NCBI GenBank assembly: GCA_963707635.1
Contig: OY970173.1
Location: 1,024,001 to 1,088,000 of the forward strand
Length of the DNA stretch: 64,000 bases
Origin: Candidatus Latescibacterota bacterium
Lineage (GTDB): Bacteria; Krumholzibacteriota; Krumholzibacteriia; WVZY01; JAKEHA01
Direction of reading: 5' to 3'
Part shown: piece by piece, positions 47,800 through 58,213 of the stretch
Layout of the letters: every line of letters starts with the position of its first letter
Position numbering within the stretch: the first letter of the stretch is position 1
Notes under the pieces: model-generated
Seen by the model: only the letters and a program-made list of their open reading frames with translations
What the model was told of the DNA's origin: nothing
The model's database searches: none
Position numbers and translations under genes: made by a program

Positions 47800-50700
47800 A
47801 GCGCGTCCGGCGGATCGTCGGCCTGGTGCTCGTCGGCGCGGGAGCTCTGATCGGGCTGGTGCTGGCCCTCGCGGCGTTCCTGCTCTTCACGACGCCGGGT
47901 GCCAGGCTGGCGCTGTCGGTGGCGAACGGGCGCCACTTGCCCGTGCGTGCAGCGACGATCGAAGGCACGCTGGCGCGCCGCTTCGTGCTGCACGACGTCG
48001 AGTTGAACGTGGGGCCGATGAAGGCCGCGCTGGATACGGTGATCGTGGCCTGGCGTCCGATGGCGCTGCGCCATCACCGAGTGGATATCGAAGAGGCGAC
48101 GATCGCCGGCGCACGCGTCCTGGTGACGGCCACTGCCGACACGACGACACGGGCCGCGCGTGGTGTTTCCAATGAAAAGCGCTGGGTCGTGACCGCAGAC
48201 CGCGTGCGCGTGCGGAATGCGACCATCGACGCGCCCGACGTGCACCTGCGCAAGGTCGACATCGCGGGCTCGGGTGGGCCGAACGGATACCGAGCCGAGG
48301 TGCACGCGTCCGGTTCGGTGTGGCGGCTCGCGGACGTGGACGCGTTTGTGCGCGCGTCCGGCGACACGAGCGCGGTCGCGGTCGACTCGCTGGACGTGCG
48401 CACGCTGGGCGGGGTCGTTCGCGGCGACGCGTTTGTGCGCTGGGAACCAGGGCTGTCGTGGCGCGGACGTCTGCACGGCGATTCGCTGCGCGTGGGCGAA
48501 TTGGCCGGCCAACCCGAGGACTGGCTGGGCGCGGTCTCGTTTCGCGCAGCCGGCACGGGGCGTCTCCACGAGGATTCCACGCGCGTCGGCATCGACGTGG
48601 AGTCGCTCGACGGCAGGTTGCGCGGCCGGCCGCTCTCCGCACGCGGGCGCATCGACGTCGATCGCGGACGCATCGAGGCTTCCGATGTACGGGTGCGCTG
48701 GGGGAAGGCGCGCGCGACGCTATCAGGCAGCATGGGGGCAATCGCAGACGTCAAACTCGATGCCACGATTCCCGCTCTGGGCGAGATCCTTCCGCGCGCG
48801 CGCGGGTCGGCCTCGGTGCACGGGACGCTCGCTGGCACTCCCGAGCGTATCGACGTCGACGTTGAAGCTCGAGGCCGCGACGTCCGCGCGGGGCGTTTCG
48901 ATATTCCTAATTTCGACGCGACGGTGGCCGCTTCCCTGTCTGCCCGCGACTACATTCCCCACGGTGCCGACTTGCGTCGCGCCGAGATTCAGGTGGGCGA
49001 GGGGACGCTGGAGGCGCGCGGAAATGCCTCGTGGCGCGATGGTCTCGAGTGGGAGGCCACGGTTACGACAGAGCGCTTTGAGACCTCCACGTTCACGCCC
49101 GCGCGATGGAACCTCTACGGGCCGGTGTCGGTTCGCGCTGCGACCGAGGGGACGAAGCGGGGTCGCCACCTGCGCGGCCGCCTGTCGATCGAGTCGCTCT
49201 CGGGGATGCTGCGCGAGCAGGCGTTGAGCGGTGCCGGGAGCGTGACGCTCAACGACCGCGAGGCCGACGTCTCGGCGCTGCGCCTCGAGTGGGGGAACAC
49301 GCGGGTGAGCGCAAACGGCCACGCCGGAGACACGCTGAATCTGGATTTCGAACTCGCCGCGCCCAACCTGGCCGCGATCGATTCCTCGTTGCACGGAGCC
49401 CTGTCGCTCCGGGGAGAGCTGCGCGGCCCGCGGCACCGGCCGGGTGTGGTGGCGGAGGTTGCCGCCGACAGCCTGCGGGTGCGCGGGTACGCCGTTCACC
49501 GGCTGGAGGGTCACGTCGACGCCGACTTCGGGTTCGCGTCCCCCGCGGACGTCAGCCTGCTTGCGCTGGGCGCGTCGCGCGGCGAGTCCATCTTTGACAC
49601 CGTGCGCGTGGACGTCTCCGGCCCGCGCGAAGATCACCGCGCAACCCTGGTGGTCGCCAAGGGCGACACACGCGCGGCGCTCGCACTGCGAGGAGCCTTG
49701 GCGGACACGTCGTGGTCGGGTTGGATCGACGACGCGAGCTTCAGCCACAGCGTGGCGGGTGAGTGGCGATCGAACCGCCCGGCGCCCGTGTTCGTATCGC
49801 GCTCGCACGTCCAGGCGGATTCGCTCCTACTCGAGTCCGGTAGCGCGCGCGTGTCCGCGCACGGGTCATGGCAACGCGGCGACACCGTGCACGCGGAGGT
49901 CGACTTGCGTGCCTTCGAGCTCTCGACTCTCCAGCGCTATCTCGCCGATGGCATGCAGATCACGGGGACGCTGGCAGGCACCGCCGCCGCGACCATCGAT
50001 CCGGCCCGAAGAATCGAAGCGCGTGTGGACCTGGTTCCCGGTCCGGGAAAGATCGTGCTGGCGGGCAAAAAGCTCGACTACGCGGGCCGCGCGACGGGAC
50101 GCGCCGACTCCGCCGGTGTGTTTGCACAGCTCGATCTCACCGTGGAAGAGACGGGCACCCGCGTGGCGACGGTCGGCGGGAAGCTCTCGATTCCGGGCTT
50201 CGTGCTGGGAAGAGACTCGCTCGGCACCCAGGCGCTCGAGGGCGCGATCGATCTGGACTGCAAGGACATCGCTCCCGTGCTGGCGGTATTCGCGCCGTCG
50301 ATCCGGGCGTGGGGTTCGCTCACCGCGCACCTTGCTCCCAAAGGCACGGCGGGGAGCTTTGGCATAACCGGGCGGGTGGCGCTCGAGCACGCGCGCTTCG
50401 ACCTTCGTTCGGGGCTGCGTCTGCGCGACACCGAGATCACGTTGGTCTCCGACGGGGAAGGGCAACTCTCACTGGACGGAGCGGTCACGTCCGGGGGCGG
50501 ACGGGTGAAACTGGAAGCCCGCTCGGCGCGCTCGGAGAAGGGGTGGTTCAAGGGCACCGTCAAGGCGAGGGGCGAGCGCTTCCAGGCCGTCAACCAGCCG
50601 GACGCGCAGGTGTTCGTGTCGCCCGATCTGGAGGTCCAGGTTGCGGAGAGGGCCGCGCTCGTCACCGGTCAGGTCCGTGTCCCGTTCGCGCGCATCGAGA

Positions 50701-51513
50701 CCGCGCAGGTGCCGGCATCGGCGGCGTCTGCGTCGAACGACGTCGTGTTCGTCGAGGACACGCTGGCGACAAAGCCGAAGTTTCAGGTGCGAACCCAGGT
50801 TCGCGTGGAACTGGGCGACAGCGTCACCTTCAGCGGCTTCGGCTTTCGCACGCGCCTGGCAGGGAGCCTGGCCGTCGACGACGAGCGCGGCCGTCCGACG
50901 CAGGGAACGGGCGAGATTCAGATCGTGGACGGAAGGTATCGCGCGTTCGGAAACGAGCTCACGATCGACCCCGGGCGCTTCGTCTTCGGCGGCGGGCCGA
51001 TCGACAATCCCGGGCTCGATATTCGCGCGTATCGCGGGCTCACGACCCAGAACGTCATGGCCGGGTCCGGGGAGATGGTCGGCATGAACCTGCGCGGCAC
51101 GCTGCGGCGGCCGGAGTTCTCGGTGTTCTCGAATCCGCCCATGTCGCAGAGCGAGATCATGTCCTACCTGGTGACGGGGCGTCCGTTGAACTCCGGCGGC
51201 GATCAGTCGGCGCTGGCCAGCGCCGCGCTGCTCATCGGCATGCAGCAGGGAGCCGGCGTCGCCAGTGGTATTGGGAAAACATTTGCGCTGGACGAGGCGT
51301 ACCTGGAAGGTGGGAGCGAAGCGAATGAAACCGCGTTCGTGGCCGGCAAATACCTCTCGCCGAAACTGTACGTGAGCTACGCGGCCGGTCTCTTTCGAGA
51401 ATACCAACACGTTTCGCGCGCGCTATTCACTCACCAACCGGTGGACACTGCAGGCGGAGAGCGGAAAGGACAGCAGCACGGACCTCATGTACTGGTTCGA
51501 GCGCGGGAAGTAG
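47796..51513 (+). CDS. tamB: Translocation/assembly module TamB (frameshift ~51393)
   Basis: ATGA overlap with tamA; N-terminal anchor; C-terminal DUF490-like GGPIDNPGLDIRA, FSNPPMSQSEIMSYL and AGKYLSPKLYVSY; continues ENTNTFRARY...YWFERGK* in a shifted frame. Confidence 0.9.
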
Positions 51514-51685
51514 GGCGGACTGCCACCGCGTCGCCTCCGAGCTTCGTGGCGGGACGTACTCTGCGGTTGCATGCGGCGTCCCGGGGCGGTAGGCTGTGCA
51601 GAAGAGGCCTCACCAACCGGTGGTCAGCGCAGTGCACCGGGGCCGCTCGGCGAGGCAGGGCAGAAACCCAGAAGGAGGAGTCTAG

Positions 51686-52261
51686 ATGGATACAAAGAAT
51701 GGTGGTCTCCTGGCGGCATGGACGCACAAGGCGAAGAAGAACGCCGGACGCCTGATCTTCTCCGGGGTCCTGGCGGTGATAGCGGGCATCCTGTGTATGA
51801 CGAGGCCGTTGATGGGCGGGCTCAGCGTCACGCTCGTCGTCGGCTTCATGCTGGTGGTCGGAGGGATCGCCCGGACCCTCCACGTCTTTAGCGCGGACTC
51901 GTTCGGTCAGGGTCTCCTGGCGCTGGTGGGCGGCGTGCTGACCCTGCTGGCCGGCGTCGTCACGATTGCCATGCCCGGTCTGGGTCTGGTGACCCTCACC
52001 ATGTTGCTCGGAATCTGGCTCCTGGCCGACGGACTGGCGGGCGCAATGCTCGCGTTCAAGGTGAGGCCAGCGTCCGGCTGGGGATGGATGCTGACGAGCG
52101 CGATACTGGCCGGATTGCTCGGCATTCTGCTGCTGGCGCACTGGCCGTTCTCCGGGTTGGTGGCGATTGGCACCCTGGTGGGAATCAACCTGCTGGTCTC
52201 GGGATTCACGATGATCTCGATCGGATCGTCGGTTCGCCGCCTGGCCTCGAAGGCAGCGTAG
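51686..52261 (+). CDS. HdeD/DUF308 family membrane protein
   Basis: AAGGAGGAG RBS; ~6 TM; GWGWML..IL..LLG.LL..WP.S....IGTLVGINLLVSG pattern. Confidence 0.85.
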   Translation: MDTKNGGLLAAWTHKAKKNAGRLIFSGVLAVIAGILCMTRPLMGGLSVTLVVGFMLVVGGIARTLHVFSADSFGQGLLALVGGVLTLLAGVVTIAMPGLGLVTLTMLLGIWLLADGLAGAMLAFKVRPASGWGWMLTSAILAGLLGILLLAHWPFSGLVAIGTLVGINLLVSGFTMISIGSSVRRLASKAA

Positions 52262-52291
52262 CAGTCCGACGGTGCAGGCTGGAGGTCTGAC

Positions 52292-52957
52292 GTGGAGAGT
52301 GCGGAAGCAAAGAGCAAGAAGAACTGGCACGTTCTCTCATCTTCAGACCGCGCCTCGGAGATTCTGTTCGGGCTGATCATGGTGCTCTCGTTCACCAGTT
52401 CGATGAGCGCGTCGTCGGCCGGGCAGCAGGGAAACCGGACCATGCTGATCGGCGCCCTGGGCTGCAACCTGGCCTGGGGAATCGTCGATGCGGTGATGTA
52501 TCTCATGACCAACCTCGGCGAGCGGGGGCGCAGCCTGCTCCTCCTGCGACGTGTCCACGGCGCCACCGCGGAAGACGCTCACCACTTCATCGCCGAGAGC
52601 ATGCCGGCGACGGTCGCCGGGGTCATTCTCCCGGCGGAATTGGAATCAATCCGTCAGAAGTTGCTGCGAATACCCGAGCCGTCGGCACGTCCGGGACTGA
52701 AATGGGAAGACTTCGTCGGCGCCCTGTGCGTGTTTCTCCTCGTGTTCGTGTCCATCTTGCCGGTGATGGTCCCGTTCATTGTGATCCGGAACGCGATGCT
52801 GGCCCTGCGCATCTCCAACGCCATCGCGATCGTCATGCTGTTCGGGGTCGGGTGTTCGGTGGGGCGCGACGACGGGTATCGTTCGTGGCACGTCGGCCTC
52901 GGGGTGGTTGCCATCGGTCTCGTGCTGGTCGGTATAACGATCGCGCTGGGCGGATGA
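52292..52957 (+). CDS. VIT1/CCC1-like membrane protein
   Basis: GGAGG then GTG; SEILFGLIMVLSFT, GCNLAWGIVDAVMY and ALRISNAIA; ends IALGG. Confidence 0.8.
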   Translation: MESAEAKSKKNWHVLSSSDRASEILFGLIMVLSFTSSMSASSAGQQGNRTMLIGALGCNLAWGIVDAVMYLMTNLGERGRSLLLLRRVHGATAEDAHHFIAESMPATVAGVILPAELESIRQKLLRIPEPSARPGLKWEDFVGALCVFLLVFVSILPVMVPFIVIRNAMLALRISNAIAIVMLFGVGCSVGRDDGYRSWHVGLGVVAIGLVLVGITIALGG

Positions 52958-53614
52958 GGTTGCACACGCTTGCGCTTGCGGCGGCCGGAGCCATGCTGTT
53001 CTCGGCAGCAGCCCCCGCTCGCGGAGCCGAACGCGCGACACCCGCTGCGGGCGGCGTTGCCGCCGCGCCGTGGGTCTTCTATGCGTCGGGCTTCGCCTAC
53101 TTCGTGCCCGACGACCGTGATTACATTTCTCCCATTTTCACCGCGGATCGAAGCGCGCTTCATCTCGAAGCCCGGTACAACTATGAGGGGTTCGAGACGG
53201 GCTCGTTCTTCGCCGGCTGGAATATTTCCACCGGGGACGAATTCACACTCGAGCTGACGCCGATGGTAGGCGCCGTCTTTGGCGACCAGAGCGGCGTCGC
53301 GCCCGGTTTCCACGTCATACTCGGATACAAGAACTTCGAATTCTACAGCGAAGGACGAATACATGATCGATTCCGGCGATTCGTCGGAGAACTACTTCTA
53401 CAGCTGGTCGGAGCTTGGCTGGGCACCGAACGACTGGTCACGGGTGGGTTTGGCGGGCCAGCGGACGCGGGCCTACCAGAGCGAACTCGATTTCCAGCGG
53501 GGACTGATGGCGGGCTTCTTCCACGGAAACGTGGATTGCACGGCCTATCTGTTCAATCTGGGCTGGACCGACCCGACCGTCGTGATCGCCGTGGGTGTCG
53601 GTTTCGGCGGTTGA
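52954..53614 (+). CDS. Hypothetical exported protein, probable beta-barrel (frameshift ~53355)
   Basis: ATGA overlap; signal MRLHTLALAAAGAML; LHLEARYNYE...FEFYSEG continues as EYMIDSGDSSENYFYSWSEL in ORF 53279. Confidence 0.75.
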
Positions 53615-53638
53615 GTTTCGACACGGCCGCTCGCCCGC

Positions 53639-54385
53639 CTAGAGTTTGCAGAAAGGCGGAGTGAACAGCATGACACCGATCTCGAATCCTGCGCCATTCG
53701 GACCGTCGAATTCCGCGCCGTATGTAAATGCGAACACGGCGTACTGACTCGGTTCCCAGCGCAGACCGACCTTGTATTCGGGGATGGTCCTGACCTCGCC
53801 CTCCGAACCGAATACCTCCCCCACGATGGATGTCTCCATGTTGCGTGGGTACCACGCCAGGCGCGTGGAGTAGGTGAACGCGGTGGCGGTGCCTTCACCG
53901 GTCCCGTAGTTCCGGGTCACGCTCGCCCCCGGCATGAGGTCCCAGGACACCCGGTTGTCGAAGAATGGAAGCGTCAACGGTGCGTTCATCCAGTAGGTCT
54001 GGAAGGCGTCCTCCAGCCCGTAGGCCGAAATGTAGCCCGGGTCCATCCCGGTGCCGGCCTTGACCGCCACGCCGCCCGTCTTCGCCTTGTTTTCGTACAA
54101 CATCCACTTGACGTAGTAGGACGTCGAATAGCCGTCTTCCGTCGTCCGGTCGCTGTCCTTGTCGTAGAGATAGGCCGCGGCGGTGAACTCCCAGTTGGGG
54201 ATGAGCGAAAACGTGGTCATCCACATCCGGTTTCGCTCGCCGGCGGTCAGGATGACGGTCGCGACGCCGTGGGGCTTGGACAGATAGTTGTCGGAGTTGA
54301 ACTGCTGGCTGTGAGCCGGGCTGCCGATCAGGGCGACCAGCAAGAACAGCGACACCGCGGCAAGATGCGAGACCCTGAGTTTCAC
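53639..54385 (-). CDS. Hypothetical exported outer-membrane beta-barrel-like protein
   Basis: GAGGAAGG RBS; signal ending AHS-Q; aromatic amphipathic strands; ends FTPPFCKL. Confidence 0.75.
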   Translation of the reverse strand: MKLRVSHLAAVSLFLLVALIGSPAHSQQFNSDNYLSKPHGVATVILTAGERNRMWMTTFSLIPNWEFTAAAYLYDKDSDRTTEDGYSTSYYVKWMLYENKAKTGGVAVKAGTGMDPGYISAYGLEDAFQTYWMNAPLTLPFFDNRVSWDLMPGASVTRNYGTGEGTATAFTYSTRLAWYPRNMETSIVGEVFGSEGEVRTIPEYKVGLRWEPSQYAVFAFTYGAEFDGPNGAGFEIGVMLFTPPFCKL

Positions 54386-54437
54386 GTTCGATTTCCTTCC
54401 TCGCGGCCTGCAAATTCCAAACTTCGTGAGTGTCCCG

Positions 54438-55754
54438 CTAGAAGTTCACTTCGAAGTTCGAATAGAACACAAGCCCGTTGCCGCCCACCGTGAAGGGAAC
54501 ACTCAAGTAGCCCACCGGCGAGTGGTCAAGCTCAATGAACTCGTTGTTCCAGCGGACGCACTTGTTCTTCCACGGGTACCAGCTCGCGCCCAGGCGTGCG
54601 TCCCACGGATCGCCGTACTCGCCGAAGATCTTCGATCCGGAAAGATATACCTGCAGGACCTCCGGCTTCACCATCGTCGAGGCCTGGAGCTGAAATCCAT
54701 GGTCGTTCAGTTCATCGAAGGGCAACTGATCGACATTGTCCCCGCGAATGTGATTCACCCAGCGCGTGAAGATCTCGCCCTCGAGCGCGAACCCGTGATA
54801 CTTGACCCCCGCGTCCGCCGACGCCATGTGAAAGGCCACGTCGATGATATTGATATCGGTGCCGAAGAGGCCGGGTCTGAAGATCACGTTGCCGTCGGAG
54901 ATGCGGATCTGCGAGTTCTCGGGCGCTTCGGTGCCGGGCTGACTCTGGCGATTCTCGGTGCTGTAAGTGAAGTGCAGGCCCACGCGCGTGGCCATCTTCT
55001 CGTGGTCTTCGAAATCGCCGAAGCCCCCGATGCTTCCGAACTCGCCCGTCGTGGGCATCCACACGAGCGCGCCCGACCAGGTATCGAACGTGTCGTCCAT
55101 CTGGCCCGCGTCCACGCCCAACTGGCTCAAGTTGTCGCCGAGCATCACGCTGTACGCGAGGCCGTCTCTCAAGGCGCCCTGTACCCAGATGCCGCTGGTG
55201 TAGGACGGCCGGAAATACTCGTCGGCGATGAGCCGGTTGTCGACACCCAGCCACTGCGGAAACTGGCCCTCGGTGCTGCGCACGCCAGGAAGCCCGTTGA
55301 TCCCGGCGCCGAGGGTCAGGTGGCTGCTGAATATGTATCTCAAGCTGCCGGCCAGCACCACCTGCGCACCCAACCCCTGGTTGGTGTTGGCAGTCCAGAT
55401 GTACGTTGCGTAGACGAGCTTCGGGTCGATGAACCACCCGTAGAACCACAGGATCGCCTTGTTGAACTGCATGTCGTGGCGGATGTCGACGGATCGTGTG
55501 TGGCCGAAGCTGTCGGTGTAGCTCCCGTCGAGGGCCTTCTGATTGAGGTAGCGGACGTAGGCAAACGCCCGGAAATTAACCGTGCCTGATTCGTCAGTGA
55601 CGACGCGATACCCGGCGCCGGGTTGGTGCGTGACCGCACCGGTCTCCTGGGCCCGGGCCACCGACGTGGATGCGAGCACGCCCGCCAAAGTCATCATGAC
55701 CCAACGTGTTCGTGTGTGCGGCGTCGCCTGGTGTGGGTGGCTACTCCTTCGCAT
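54438..55754 (-). CDS. Hypothetical porin-like outer-membrane protein (paralog of 56854-58185)
   Basis: Signal (possible start MMTLAG at 55697); WMPTTGEFG..GGFGD.E.H motif; C-terminal YSNFEVNF. Confidence 0.8.
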   Translation of the reverse strand: MRRSSHPHQATPHTRTRWVMMTLAGVLASTSVARAQETGAVTHQPGAGYRVVTDESGTVNFRAFAYVRYLNQKALDGSYTDSFGHTRSVDIRHDMQFNKAILWFYGWFIDPKLVYATYIWTANTNQGLGAQVVLAGSLRYIFSSHLTLGAGINGLPGVRSTEGQFPQWLGVDNRLIADEYFRPSYTSGIWVQGALRDGLAYSVMLGDNLSQLGVDAGQMDDTFDTWSGALVWMPTTGEFGSIGGFGDFEDHEKMATRVGLHFTYSTENRQSQPGTEAPENSQIRISDGNVIFRPGLFGTDINIIDVAFHMASADAGVKYHGFALEGEIFTRWVNHIRGDNVDQLPFDELNDHGFQLQASTMVKPEVLQVYLSGSKIFGEYGDPWDARLGASWYPWKNKCVRWNNEFIELDHSPVGYLSVPFTVGGNGLVFYSNFEVNF

Positions 55755-56817
55755 TTGCTTTCTCCCACGCGCGCACGCGCCTGCGTCCCTCGTCGAACAG
55801 GCGCGTGTAGTTGCCCTTGCGTATCTTCTCGCTCGCTTCCGGCGTGAGAAGCTTCCACATCGGTTCGTACATGTCGTACACCGCGAAATATTTCTCCGGA
55901 GACTTCGGCGCCACCGTATCGCTCCCGAACAGAAAGCGATCCGGATAGCGGTTGAGCATGTCGGCGGTCCGCTGCGTGGCCTCGGGCGAAGAGACGACGT
56001 ACTTTGCCACTTCGTCCCACGAGATGTCGAAGCACACGTGGTTGAAGGAGGGATCGTTCAGCATGGTTTCGAGCATGGCGATGTGGTTCTCCACCGGATG
56101 CACCACGCGCCCCAGCCCGACGTGCGCCCAGATGATCGTGGTCTTCGGGTGGCGCCGGAACAGGTCCTTGATCTGGGTCAGAAACACGGGGTCCGTGCCC
56201 TTGACGGCCATGGGGCGATCGATGTCGTTGTGCAGGATGACGACGAGCCCGGCTTCCGCGGCGAAGTCGAAGATGCGGTCCAGTGCCGGGTCGGTGAGAC
56301 TCGCCACGTCGCCCGCGATCTTCGACGACACGAATTCCTTGTGGATCGTGAATTCGCCGATGCCCGAGAACACGCCGGGAAAGGTGAGCAGCACGCGGCG
56401 AATGTGGTCGGCCGCGTACATGTCGGTCGGATTGAACCCGGTGATCATCGGGTCGAAGCGCGCCTGCTCCTTTTTCGACAGCGCGCGGTACTGCATCGCG
56501 ATGTACGCGTCGGTGAACGAGTAGTAATACAATGCGGCGTCGGTATCCAGGTAATACGTCGGCGCGTCGTCCCCCGAAACGCGGTACGACCACTGCTGCT
56601 GGAGCGGGATCCCGAACAGGGTGGAGCGCTCGACGCGCGTTCCCATGATCGTGAGGAACTGTCGCGGCGTGATGCCTTCCTGGATGTAGTTGGTCAGGTG
56701 AAAGTGGGAGTCGCAGAACTGGTTGCCGGTCGTCTGGGCGGGTGACTTCGCCGAGGCGGAGCCCAGGCCCAACGCGGCGGTGAATGCAGCGATCGCGAGT
56801 ATCCTGATCTTCGACAT
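55741..56817 (-). CDS. Exported amidohydrolase-superfamily metalloenzyme
   Basis: AAGGAG RBS; signal MSKIRILAIAAFTAALGLGSASA; DSHFH, GIGEFTIHKE, ILHND, WAHVG and FLFGSD. Confidence 0.88.
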   Translation of the reverse strand: MSKIRILAIAAFTAALGLGSASAKSPAQTTGNQFCDSHFHLTNYIQEGITPRQFLTIMGTRVERSTLFGIPLQQQWSYRVSGDDAPTYYLDTDAALYYYSFTDAYIAMQYRALSKKEQARFDPMITGFNPTDMYAADHIRRVLLTFPGVFSGIGEFTIHKEFVSSKIAGDVASLTDPALDRIFDFAAEAGLVVILHNDIDRPMAVKGTDPVFLTQIKDLFRRHPKTTIIWAHVGLGRVVHPVENHIAMLETMLNDPSFNHVCFDISWDEVAKYVVSSPEATQRTADMLNRYPDRFLFGSDTVAPKSPEKYFAVYDMYEPMWKLLTPEASEKIRKGNYTRLFDEGRRRVRAWEKANAKE

Positions 56818-56853
56818 GATCTGACTCCTTGGTCCGCGGGTCGACCGCGGGCG

Positions 56854-58185
56854 CTACAACAGAATGTCCGCCCCGAGCGAAAGCGTGGTCCCGGTCTGAC
56901 CTGCGGTGTAATAACCGAAGCTCGATCCCGTCGGGCTCTTCTCGATGTGGATGAGGTGAAGGTTCAAGCGCAGGTTACGATTCCCATACGGATAGAAGCT
57001 GGCGCCTCCGGCTACTTCCCACGGGTGCCTCTCGAATTCGTCGAAGATGTAACCGGTGGCCGCGTAGATGCCGAGTTTCTTCTCCACGACCATCTGCATG
57101 GCCTCGGCATAGAAGCCCTGGTCGAGGATCGACTCGTAGGGGACGGGTCCGGTGGCGTCGAAGCTCGACAACCAGCGCATCCCGTATTCGGCCTGGAAGC
57201 AGAATCCGCGGTACTTGAAGCCCGCGTCGAACGCGATTTCGTCGTAGTCGAGGTTCTTGACCGTGACGGTATCCGCCAGGGCTCCGGCTTCGAACGGAAT
57301 CACCCCGTCGGAAAGCCGGATCTGCGCGTGGCGCGGTGAGTCTTCGATAGACGCGTAACGGCTCTCGCGGGAGTGACACGCGGAAAGCCCGAAACGAGTA
57401 GCCAGCTCCTGGTGTTCCTCGAGATCTCCAAATCCGCCGCGCGGCCCGAACTCTCCGGTCGTGGGCATCCAGTATGCGCTGGCGCTGTACGCGAACGAAC
57501 GATTGTCGTTGGCGGCCGTGATGCCGAGCTGGCTCAGGCTCCGGTTGATCGCGGCCGTATAATAGAAGCGTGAGATCGGCTCGCCGGTGATGAAAAACGA
57601 CGACGCGAATCCGCCACGATAGAATTCTTCCGCCATCTGGCGGTCGCTTCCCGCCCAGAACGGCCAAGAGCCCTGCATGGACCGCGCGGTCAAGCTCGGA
57701 CCGATGCCGGCACCGACCACCAGCGGCCTCGACACGATGTATCGGAGCAGCCCAAAGGCAAGCGTCTGCTCCGTGCTCGGAAGTGACCAGACCGTGATCG
57801 TGTAGAGAAACCTGGGATCGTAGAAGAAGCCGCTGACCCAAATCATGGTGCGGTGCCAGTTGATGTCGTTGCGGGCGAGCACAGGTCGCTCGCGCCCGAG
57901 ATGATCCTTGTACGTCTGCCCACCCGGCATCTGGTCGAGATACCTGAACAACCCGTACACGCTGATATTGACGCTTCCGCGCTTCGTCTTGAGGAGGTCG
58001 AAGCCATGGCCGGGGGTGAACTCGCCGGCAAAGGCGGGTACGGGTGCGTACTTCTCATCCGATGTCGTGGTGTCCGGAGTGGCCGCCACGTCCTGCGCTC
58101 TCGTGATGGATGGTAACGACACCCACATGCTTGCCACGGTGATCACGGCGCAGACGAAGAGCGCAGTACGACAAAAGCGGCCCAT
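56854..58185 (-). CDS. Hypothetical porin-like outer-membrane protein (paralog of 54438-55754)
   Basis: Signal; YWMPTTGEFGPRGGFGDLEEH, QIRLSDG and aromatic strands. Confidence 0.8.
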   Translation of the reverse strand: MGRFCRTALFVCAVITVASMWVSLPSITRAQDVAATPDTTTSDEKYAPVPAFAGEFTPGHGFDLLKTKRGSVNISVYGLFRYLDQMPGGQTYKDHLGRERPVLARNDINWHRTMIWVSGFFYDPRFLYTITVWSLPSTEQTLAFGLLRYIVSRPLVVGAGIGPSLTARSMQGSWPFWAGSDRQMAEEFYRGGFASSFFITGEPISRFYYTAAINRSLSQLGITAANDNRSFAYSASAYWMPTTGEFGPRGGFGDLEEHQELATRFGLSACHSRESRYASIEDSPRHAQIRLSDGVIPFEAGALADTVTVKNLDYDEIAFDAGFKYRGFCFQAEYGMRWLSSFDATGPVPYESILDQGFYAEAMQMVVEKKLGIYAATGYIFDEFERHPWEVAGGASFYPYGNRNLRLNLHLIHIEKSPTGSSFGYYTAGQTGTTLSLGADILL

Positions 58186-58213
58186 GATAGACGAACCCCT
58201 TGGTTGTTAGGTG

